Positions 27,301 to 39,300 of a stretch of 64,000 nucleotides of DNA are shown here, one piece after another. Made by a program: the position numbers and the translations under genes. This stretch comes from Tubulanus polymorphus (taxonomy: Eukaryota > Animalia > Nemertea): the NCBI RefSeq assembly GCF_964204645.1, contig NC_134025.1, positions 26,268,299 to 26,332,298 of the forward strand. The letters are read 5' to 3'. The notes under the pieces were generated by a model. That model was not told where the DNA came from. It worked only from the letters and a program-made list of their open reading frames with translations, and ran no database searches. How positions within the stretch are numbered: position 1 is the first letter of the stretch; every line of letters starts with the position of its first letter.

Positions 27301-30300
27301 CAACGGTAAGCTTAGTCAAGATAAGAAATGTCAACTGCATCGAAGAGGCTTCACCGAGCACAGGTCATGAACGGACGGATGAAGATGAGATGCAAGTTGA
27401 AATTCAGCGATTTAGTCTCAACGGATGACAGTGGCAAACATATCCGTGGTTAGTGAATCTTTGTCACAGTGCATCAAGTTGCTTAATGGAATGCCAGGCA
27501 TTAAGTCTAGTTCAATAAAGAAAGAAAATCGAATGGCCAAGTGCAGAAGATGAGTCGTGGTGGAGTAGTACGGAAAGCGTGACTAGCTGCGTACTTCAAA
27601 AGACGAGGAAGGCAATGGGTAGAAGATGAATAGTGCGGAAGTTGAAATCTTGGGATTAATAATTGGAGCGAACGACGTTGAACTCAAGATGTCGTTAGGT
27701 TGTTATCACTGAAGATACCTTAACATCTATATCAAAAATTATTCCCTAGAATATCAATACTCTTATAGATTAACGGGTACACGCTATTATAAAAAAATTT
27801 TACAGTCAGCGTGTATCGCATGAATGACCCTAGCAAAAAATCATTCCATGTTTCAAATAGTCAACACTATTCTATTTCGCTGGAACGTTGCTTTTTCATT
27901 CTTATCTGTATTTGTAATGAAAAAAATTTTTTCTAAGCAATTTTCATGAGTAAAATATCGGCGATTGGATTAATTATTAATTCTGAAATCGATTGTGTTT
28001 TCCAACTGCACACGCACCTGCAGAAGCTTTGCAATCTAGCTAATGGAAAAAGCTATTAGACTTATATTTCAATAATTAGTCCGTAGACCTAAGTTTATAA
28101 ATACTCGATAAATAAATCTCTTTCTGTCCAAAATAACTGAAATGATTTCAAAATTACGTGCAGTTTTTGCATTCTTTTTGAGATATCATCCTTCGCCGGC
28201 AGCTGTTTGCTCCTCGTTTGCCGGTTAAGCGTGGTTTCCGAGTAGCGTAGCAAATCAGTCTATACGCGTTCAGCGATATATAAGAATATATATTAGTAGG
28301 CCACCGACAAGACGAGGGAAAGGCGAGAGTAAAATATATATCCCAATAACAGAGCTAACAGATGTTATTATAGGAAAACAAAAGAAGTAAGAAGAATGTC
28401 AACCTGCTGCATGGTGCATCTTCAATATACATTTCATATAGTATAGGATGTGTTTCCCTCTTACATTCTTGGAGCAGATTTGCAACTTGGAAATTTTATT
28501 AAGGCCTCAATCGACCTTAAGGAAGCAGCTAGTATAGAGAAAATGCTTTGCACCAAACTGTGTAAAAAATCTCAGCATAGTAAATTTTTGAGCAAGAGAA
28601 GGTTGTAGAATCTTCATGAAAGAATTTTATGTCGATTGGTTAGATACTGAAAGTGTACTTAAATGTTTCATTGAATCATTCAGGGCGGGTGTGTCGTGAA
28701 AGGTTCGATTCGACCAGAGGGGACAGATCCGAGAGAAAGAAGCAACACGTCTGGTTACTACGAAACCTTGGAAGTGACTGATTTTATTTCACATAGATGG
28801 AGAATAAACATAAACAAGATGTCATCCACAGTAAATATATAAACACAAACCAGATGAGCGGCTTAGTAACCGAACTTTCGAAACACTCCCGGCGGCGGGA
28901 AGAAAAGATAGGATGTATAATGCCTATGTGCTATTAGGAATACCTATGAGGTTAATAAGCCTACGTAAAAAATGAGAAATTAATCAATTTCCAATTTCAT
29001 ATCAGAATCACTAAATCTTCGATACATTAAGTTTGCATTACTCTTAATCTTCATTTAACACAAAACTGAGATTGCTTTGACATTAAACATTGACATTAAG
29101 CTTTGACGTTAAACTTTGACATTGCGTTGTGTCTCAACTAAAATATAGGTGTATACATGATAACTAGGATATTGTATAGCATTATTATGAGATAACAGAT
29201 TACAATATTGATTGACGTATTCTTGAAATTAAAAACATGTGAATATCAGAAATAAAAAGAACATTTACTCCGATATATATTCAGGTATATAATAGAAAGG
29301 AAATTACATAGTATTTCAACATTAATACAATTTGTGCTTGAATGTATACATACATGATTTTCACTGTTAAGATTCAACTTACATTTCAATTAACATTAAA
29401 TTTTACATATATACTATGGTGATCGTCATTTACACATTTTAATAATTGAAAAACATAGAAGAACATGTTCTTAACATTATAAATCTTCAAAAATGAAATT
29501 AACTCATATTAAGAAACATTATGAACATAAGTTTGAATTATACTCTGATTAGGCTGAACCTGTGCATTAGTCGACCAGTTTGTCACACCAGTTTTTTATT
29601 TTATTTCTAGCGTTCAATGCTGCATTTCGTTTTATTTTCATTGGGGGTTGAATATTACTAATTAGTGGCGATGATTCATCATTCATTTTCTCACCACTAT
29701 CAGAATTGATTTCTAAGGGGTATAATTTTTTAAGGGGTCTATTCGTAATCCCGCTTTTAGTACGAATTACCGCGGATCTCACAAGACCGTCGTTGCCCTT
29801 GTTCAGACCTTCAATGATAGCGAGTTGCCAAAAGATTCTCTTTTTTGAGTCATCATGAACGATCACTATATCGCCTATTTTGACATGATTTTCCGTAATT
29901 CCACCCCGCTTTAGCGTCTGACAGTGGTTTTCCCTTAAGGTTGGCAAATATTCATTTCGCCACCGTATCCAGTAATCTTGGAAAAGACTGTCTAAGTATT
30001 TCATGCGTTTGTTCGCGTCGGAGAAACCGATGGACGGTAAGTTAAAATTCGGATCAATTAGTTCGTTTTCTTCAACTACCGGTTGAGGTAACAGAGTAAT
30101 CATTCTCCCACAAATTAAATGTGATGGAGTTAAGGGAATGATCTCATCGTCATCATTTGTCATGTACGTTAGAGGACGATCGTTTATTGTAGCCTCTATT
30201 TCAGTAATTAGAGTCGACAATTCGTCCAAGGTAATACACGCTCGACCAACTACTTTTTTCAAAGTGTTTTTTGTTATACCGACTAATCTTTCATAAAATC

Positions 30301-33300
30301 CGCCAAACCATGGCGCGCGTTTCGGTATAAATGTCCAAGTAACAAGTTTGTTAGACAGAAAGTTTCTGACTTTTGTTGATTTGAATATTTCTTTGATATC
30401 GTTTTCTGCAGACAAAAATGTTGAACCATTATCAGAGATCAATTGACTTGGCAACGACCTCCTGCTGGCAAATCTGCGAAATGCTCTCATAAAGGAAGCA
30501 GGCGTCAGATCAGTGACTATTTCCAGATGTATTGCCCTGGAAACGGCGCATGTAAATAAACATATGTATGCCTTGTTCTGTTTTGAGTGTTTCGTGCGAT
30601 AGTATAAATGGCCAGTGAAATCAACGCCTGTGATGGTGAAGGGTGGAGCTTCTTTTAGTCTACAGGCAGGTAACGGAGGCGTGATTGGCGCACGATATGA
30701 TTTACCATCATGTCTAATGCAAACTGAGCATTTTCTAATAATTGGGCTAACTATTTGCCTAATTCTTGGTATCCAATATGATTGACGTATGTAACACAAA
30801 GTTGATTGTAACCCACTGTGTAGAACCATTTTATGGGCGTCACTAATTACTAATTTTGTGTATGGGTGCTTCGATGGCAATAATATTGGGTACTTAGCGT
30901 TGTAGTTAAGATTCGCGTTTTGAAAACGACCGCCACATCTAATTAAACCCTCTTTATCAGTGAATAGGTTTAATTGTTTAGTCAATTGGGTACCTCGTCC
31001 CCCTTTCTGAATACATTTAATTTCATTTGAAAATTCGTCATCTTGCAAAGAGCGAACCCACGTAGTACGAGCCAAACGTATTTCTGGCACGGTAATATGA
31101 TTATGTCTAGGTTGACATGTCTTCTTCATAATAGAAATAAAGCGTAGTACACATGCTGTGACTCGAAGTAATTTATTCAGCGAATTGAATTGCTCGACAT
31201 CTATTACTTTTTGTATTCCAGACGGTTCTGATGGAGTTGCGGTAGTTGATAGAACTGAGATAGAATTAGTACTAGCTAATTCTGCACATTGTTGAGAGTG
31301 CGATTCAGAATTATTTACTGAACAATATAGTACAGTTGAATTATTCAATCGATCAATTGGCCAATCGCCATTAGGCAGCCAAGTTGGTCCAAACCACCAT
31401 AATCTACTATTATCCAAGTCTTGGGTATTGATGCCCCGAGTCAAGAGATCAGCAGGGTTGTCCTTTGTAGGACAATAATTGATTATGTCAAATTTGACAG
31501 ACCGAATTTCACGGACTCTGTTTTCGACGAATGTGGGTAATTTCTTCTCACTCCGAATCCAATGTATTGTGATCTGACTATCGGACCAAAGAACACATTT
31601 TGTTAAACTTAAATTTGACTTGTCGAATGCATCACGGATAAATTTCGCGAGCCGTGCAGCGATCAGTGCTGCCAATAATTCAAGTCTAGGGATAGTAACC
31701 TCTTTTAATGGTTTAACCCGTGATTTTGCCATAATGATTGAAGTCGATTTGTCAGTTTTCAGATAAGCTACAGCCCCATAAGCATTGGGACTGGCATCAG
31801 CAAAAATGTGTAGTTCACATTCACTAGTCGGTTGACCAAAATATGGTCTTTGTATAGCTGTATGTTGACAGGCGTATAACTGCTGATGTATTTCAAACCA
31901 GAGTGATGATAATTCATCAGATAAGGGTTCATCCCAAGTTTGTTTAGATTGCCACAATTTCTGGATAAACATTTTAGCTTGAATATGCACAGGCGAGAGG
32001 AGACCAAGGGGGTCAAATAGTGACGCTGTTACGCTCACAACTTCCCGCTTAGATACCACAGACTGAGTGCACATAGCTGGGTCTTTTATGGCCTTTGAAA
32101 ACTGAAGAGTATCACTAATCGTATCCCATTGTAACCCTACGACATTGACGATTTCATTATTCTCACCCATTGCCTGTTGTTTTATCAACGATCTTAGTTC
32201 TGGGTCGTTTGTAGCCCATGATCTCAAAATAAATCCACCCCTGCTCATAGTATTCGTGGCTTCTTCAAAATATTCAATTGCTTTTTTAGCGTTATGAGAG
32301 CCACTGAGAACGTTATCGACGTATATGTTTGATTGCATATCGATTGAGATTTCTGTATTTTCGGACTGTAGATGCGTTTTCACTACAGAATTTAAGATGA
32401 ATGGTGAGCTAGTGGACCCGAAAAGTACTGATTTGAAACGATAGACCTTGAAGGGACTATCGGGATCCGTAGGATCTGATAGCCATAGAAATTTTGTGAA
32501 ATTTCTATCGTTTTCACCGAGTTTTACATTTAAAAATGCCTTTTCAATATCACTTGTAAATGCGACGTTTTTCGTGCGAAAGCGGATTAATATCTGCACA
32601 AGATCATTTATTAATGAAGGACCGCTTTCCAGACAGTCGTTCAAACTAGGATTATCCCCTTGTTTACAACTACAATCATAAACAATTCTAATCGGTGTTG
32701 TGATTGATTCCTTTTTAACCGAGTGGTGGGGTATGTAATGGCCCTGGCTCTTGTCATCATTTTCTACTATCTCAATAAATTCGCGTGAAAGTTGCTCTGC
32801 TATTATCGCATTATATGTCTGCCTCAGTTCTGGAGACAAGCGTTTAACCATAGATCTAGTTCTAGCGGTACAAATATCAAAATTGGTAGGGAGCGGTGGA
32901 TAATCTTCTTTCCAAGGTAAATTCGCTATATATTTACCACTGGTATCGCGTTTAAGGTAATTGTCTCGATACGTTTCAAAATTCATTGTTTCAGATTTAA
33001 TCGTTTCCTTGATGCCAATTACTTCAAGATCCCAGTAGTTAGATAATTTTGAGAATTCATCGTTTGAATGTATAGTATTCAAAAGACAGGTAGTATGGAG
33101 TACCGATGTATTCGCATTCAAATTGATGGGTCCTGATAGAAGGAACCCGAGTTTGGAACTGACAGCTGTCGGGCCAGCTCCTCTAACCACTTCATTCTCT
33201 ACGATCGACCAGTAATAATCAGCACCGATTAATAGATTAATTTCACAATTGCTGGTGTTGACGTACGGTGCTAATGGTAAATTTCGAAGGTACGGGTGAT

Positions 33301-36300
33301 TTGTCACAGCAAGTTTTACATTGTTCTGAATTGGTGGACATATTTCCGGTACAACTAATGCACGTAAACCAATTTCGCCTTTACGCGTACGAAGTCTTAA
33401 ATCTATACTCCGTAGAGTACGTGCCCCAGGCGAATTGTCACCAAAGGTGGAAATACTTACATCTTGCTTTTCAAATTTGTCCAATCGGACACCTAATTCA
33501 TTTACCGACTTTTTAGTGATGAATGAGCACTGCGCTCCTTCGTCAAACAAGATATTTACCGTGGTCGAATTCGAACCATAATTTATTTGACCAATAGCCG
33601 ATTTCAAGAGAACAGGACTTGAAGTTGGAGCTATATTGACATGAATATTTTTTGATTCAATATGCGTATCAGTATTTCGATCTATATGAATAGCAGTGTG
33701 GTGTTTGCCTTTGCAAACCTTACAACGATATTTCGATTGGCAAGCTGTTACCATGTGATTGCCAAAACAGTTATAACACTTACGATTTGCCTTTATGATG
33801 TCTTGTCGCTTTTTTGGGTTAACGATTATATCGCATGAGAACGCCGTATGTGGACCCTTGCAGAACGCGCAACTGTTGTTTTTCGAGGCCGGATTTTTCC
33901 TCGTTTTAGTGCTTATATGAAGAGCGGATAATTTTTCATTATCGAAGTTGACGCAGCTCGCTCCTGCCTGTGTAGCTTGTATTTCCTTTCGGATCGCGTC
34001 GCGTAGTTCTTTAAGTGTCCAGGCGCGGTCTCCGTGCTCCCGTGAAATTTGTGTTTTGACGGGACTCGGTAGCTTATCGAAGACTACCGGAACGAGTATG
34101 TCACCGAACGCATCTTCCGATTTCCCGAGCGCGCGCAATCCTCGAATATATGTTTCCAAAGAATCGTAAAATTCGCGTAGACTCTCGTGATCCTGCGGTG
34201 GCTGCAAATCTAATAAAGCTCTGATGTACGCGTTCACGATCTTGTGAGGTTGACCGTATCTTTCTACTAAGATCGTCAGAGCTTCTTTGTAGTTAGCGCT
34301 AGTTATTTGCAGACCTTCTATGGTACGCGCTGCTTCGTCAGTGAGTTGTGCGACCAAATATTGAAACTTCTGGATATCGTCCAAATGCGGATCGCTATCG
34401 ACGGCTGAGATGAAATTATCGTAGAAAGTAGACCATTTCAAAATGTCACCATCGAAATTTGGGAGAGCCAATTTTGGTAGATTGACTTTTTTACTGCCGG
34501 TTGAGGTAGTACTGCTTCGATTGATGGTACTTACAGATTCGTTTAGCGATTGTGGTTTTGGTATCTTCGCTAGTAGATTATCCAAGTTCAGTTTGAATCG
34601 ACCGAGTTTGATTTGTATCTCAGTGAGATAATCATCTGATTCAACTATAGTGTTAGTTAACTCGGTTTCATCAACGATTTCATCCATTAATTGTTGGTCT
34701 AATTGTCGTAAATATTCGAATTTTGTGAACAGCGCGTCGATTAAAGTGGAGAACGGTTGAACAGTTTCCAGAGTTCTTGAACTTTCATCGACGAGTAGAA
34801 TCTCTGCTAGTTTTTCTTCCGTTTTTCCGAAAATCTTCGTCATTTGGCCCCGTTGGGCCCTTCTGATTGCCGTTAGCCTTCCTTCTGACCCCATCCTGGT
34901 CACGGCACCAAAATGTCGTGAAAGGTTCGATTCGACCAGAGGGGACAGATCCGAGAGAAAGAAGCAACACGTCTGGTTACTACGAAACCTTGGAAGTGAC
35001 TGATTTTATTTCACATAGATGGAGAATAAACATAAACAAGATGTCATCCACAGTAAATATATAAACACAAACCAGATGAGCGGCTTAGTAACCGAACTTT
35101 CGAAACAGGGTGCAGCAGTGGAACTATATCCATAAAACACTTGAAATACACGAAGAAGCACTATATTGATAAAGCGCTTTTAAGTCAATTACATTTCCGT
35201 ACGTTTTATTTAAAGATGCTGGCACTATGTTTTAAGAACGTGCCTAAACATTATTCAGCTGCCCGAGCCAGCATCGGGTTTATTCCACACGTTTACTGAG
35301 ATATAGTAAATACGCCAGAAGAGATTGGTTTACATGACGGCGGCTTTTCAGAACTTTGATGATCTTAAAATGAAGAATGGTAGTTTTTGAAGTGAATCAC
35401 TTTTATCACCGTGATTGTCGGGTCTTCACGTTCACGATGTTGTACAGCTTCTTTTAAACGGCTTAGAAATCAGCATGGATAGTGAAATTAAGATTTTCTA
35501 TTAGAAATAATATATATCGACTTTAGAAAATCCAATAAATATTCCTTCCACTACAAAATTAAATCGACATCTAGAATTCGACCTTTGAAATTGCATCGCA
35601 TTCGTAATTCGATTTGCGTTAGTTTTCTTTATTCGTGCCGGTCGTTTTGATAAAATTGTCGACGTTTTATTTATCCATCAATAATTCATGGAGTTGATCT
35701 TTAATACAGGAAGCATTTCGTCATTAATTCTAGTAACGGAAGAGGATGTAAAAGCAAATACCGAAACAAGCTAATGCATCAATGACTCATGACGAAAATG
35801 AGACCGAATATTAAATGTCAATTGAGACAAGTTTTGATACCGGGCCACGTTTTAATCGTTCGTGACGATATAGTATTTTCCGCTATAATGGACGCAGGAA
35901 ATTGAATGATGTTTTGCTGCCTGAAAGCATCAGTATTCAGCAACCAGTACATTAATGTATCTAGTAAATATCCGAGCGTTATAGCGGAATCGGAAAACAC
36001 TCGAATAGCAAAGAGCGAATTTATTTGTCCAATAACGGATATGTAAATGCAATATACCAATATATAATGAAGTGACGAGTGAATCGAGATTGAATTCTCT
36101 TGGTCGCAATTTGTTCGTTGATTTTAACGCGACAACGCGCTATCGTTGGCGTTCGCTGCACATATCATAACCAATGACACACAACGCGATAGCGTTTGAA
36201 AGATATCAAATTTTCATTACTTCAATAAAGTTTCAGATATCCGCTAAAAGGTGAGGACGTACTGGCATAACACTCGATATTTTTTCAATAATTTGTGAGG

Positions 36301-39300
36301 TTTCTCATTCGAGACTATTTCACCCTATGGATGCATAATTGATAAGCGTATCATTCCTCATTACTTCTCGTCTAACCTATAGTTTATGTGTATCCATCGG
36401 TTTCGAAGTGTTTAACCCGAACCTGTAGCGTTTGCCGTCGGCGCTTAATCTTTGTGGCGAATCAAGTCAGTAGCCGCATTAACGGCCTTTACCAAAGTTC
36501 ACTTGTTGTCAATCCGCAAGTTATCGCGGTATGTTTCATTATCACTTCGTACATGACTTAATCCACGCCAATCCACCCTTGGATCATATCAAAACACGAT
36601 TTGCGTTAGCTCGCATATTTCCTAGGCCGTCGGCACCTGGGGCTGTTCGAAACAGGTTTTTGTTTAAAAGGTGAAAGGATCTGTTTTGATAGAACTCCAT
36701 GATGTATTTATTAAGAGGATACGGATATGTAAGCTCTTGTATATGATATGTACTCGCTACATATATGTATATATAATACACTCATAAAGTCTAACGAAAA
36801 GTAGCAAATATTCCAGTTATTTCCTACAAGCTATTGAGCCCGAACCTCCAATTCTTGTGGTAAGTTAATTTTGCAGACGAACAGCTATTTCAATTCCAGA
36901 GTTGATGATGTCACATGATTGCTCGAAAGCAGCTGGAACATCTTAATCTTGGCCATGCATTCTTAAACCATTTGCCAATACTGTCGTTTCTCTAATGGTT
37001 ATTGTACGCGGAAGACTCCTAATAGTGTTTTTTGATTAGATGCCTGCATAATACCACTTTGAAAAGAACATCCTATCATGAGGCTTACTGTTACTTACGT
37101 TTGTGGACACAAAATGGCCCGAGAGTGAATCATCGTTTCAAGCTCAAAGCAAAAGATGCGTGCCTCGGAAAATCTGACCCACGATGTTTTTTTCGTGCAT
37201 TAACTACGTTTAAAAGGAAATCGTCGCCTTTCATCGGCTTTTCTGACCTATCATGATTAAAAATCATCATAATAACTGGTAACATTCATTCTGCACCAGC
37301 AGATGAGATATTTATCAAATGATTCGACCGAGAGAAATGACTGAGCGATTAATCAAGTGATAATGCCAATCTTCGTACGATAAAACTTTGGATTTAGAAG
37401 AATTCATTCCTTATCTAGTGCTTCAGTTAGATGATCAATAGCCACATAGGGTCAACTCATTCGTCGATTTTCAATAAATTGAGAAGTCGTCGATTCAGAT
37501 GGAATTTTTCATGCATACATTGATCCGTCACAACCAATCAACATCAAAACAATCTTTTCGTAGATACGACCACTTAGTTTATGAATACATGTAGATGTAT
37601 AACCTTATCATTAGGGATACTTAACAGTATTAAGGTGTCGCTTTCCATCAACCACACTTGTTCGTCCCTTTTCGATGAGACTGGTATATGTGATATGAAT
37701 ACTAAATAGCCAATGGAAAAGCTTAGTTGATACGCTTGGCCTGATATTACACCCTTGATCTGCAGGTTGCATTCTTAAGCTCGCAAGAAAAGGTATCACT
37801 ACGATGACTCTTAAACGGGAGATCGATGAGGCGAAACTATGGTCGTTGGTTGCTACTTTTATTAAACACTCTCTCTTTCTTGGTCTCATATGTGTACATG
37901 AATCACGGTGAAGTAGTTCTTCTTTATTTCATGCATCGCATACAAATACCCCAACTACAGTATACATGCTCGGCAAACATCGTAACATGACGTTTATTTT
38001 AGGTTTACCTCGGTTCTTAGTGTAGAATATTATGTTAACACGACGGCCCATTTAGTCCATGCCGAGAGAACTAGTTAGCGGCGTCAAGTATGCACTTACT
38101 GGTAATTCGTCTTCCAATATCTAAAATATGGTAGTCATTGGTAATTTTTCACAAGGCAGTATAGCTCAGTTTGATTGAACTGATTCATCGAGTGAACGAA
38201 TGTTCATACATGTATGTATACATGTCTGAGAAGTAATGGTTAACCACGAGAAATAACCCTAGTTTTACCCATACGTTAGTCTAGATCATACGTGTTTATT
38301 TTTCATTAAATCCGATGGAAGCGGATATTTCTGTATTGAAGTTAGTTGTACATCATTAAAGTGCTCTTAGTGGATACTCATGGAACTCGTGGAACCGTTT
38401 ACGATATCGTAACCTCTCCTTTTCATATCTTGCTACTGTCAGTAACGTCTGAGATATGATTCGATATCGTGACGTACATGGATTCTACCTCTCATACGTA
38501 GTGCATCATTATTGCTTCTCGGCTCAGATGCTCGTCACTATCATGAAACGCCACGGATAACATCTCCATCGGCAATGATTTCTAGTTCAATATCAAAAAG
38601 CCAGCTCAGTCCTGCATTTCGCACAATCCGCATGTGTGCATCAGTCCAAGCATTATCGAATATTATGGACCACGTTACATCGAAAATGAGTTAGTCTCCT
38701 AGAAGACAACTCGTATAAGTTATAAGTTGTATTGACACTGTAATTCCATTATAAATAGGATTACATGACCATCATTCCGCCACGCGCAGTTGTACGAGAA
38801 ACTGGTTTTATCCATCCATCCAATTGTCCATCCAAGTCAAGCCATATTCTGTTGGTGTTCTTTGCGTTTTCCGTATTCCATTGCTGCAATGCATTCGCGA
38901 AACTTCTGAAAATATGTATATGAAGCCTTCACACGATCGATACCATCGCCACGAAGAAGTAAATTCGAAACATCTACAGAAGTTCGATGAACACGAAATG
39001 TCGACTGAGCCTCTGGTAAAAGTCCACGGGTAAACTGAGCAGTAGATAATCTTCAAGTCTTGTCAACGTTCTTATTATCTGTATTCATCGGTGAATTGAT
39101 TTGTTGAGTATGGCGGGAAATTAGCATATTACGCAGCTGAGTGTTCTATTTCCGATGTGAAATTCAACGACATAATATTTATCACCATGTGTGCGCACGA
39201 TGCTGGCTGACTTTCCAATTATGAGCTGGTGGTAAAATGAGGGTATTAACAATGATGGATAAAACGACAGATACTTTTATCGCGGGGCTGTTCGAGTCTT

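Larger units (their letters stand above)
28692..35107 (-). mobile_element. Full-length BEL/Pao (Belpaoviridae) LTR retrotransposon, 6416 bp
   Basis: Two identical 194-bp TG...CA LTRs, 5-bp TSD GGGTG (28687-28691 and 35108-35112), PBS, and a single gag-PR-RT-RH-IN ORF. Confidence 0.98.
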
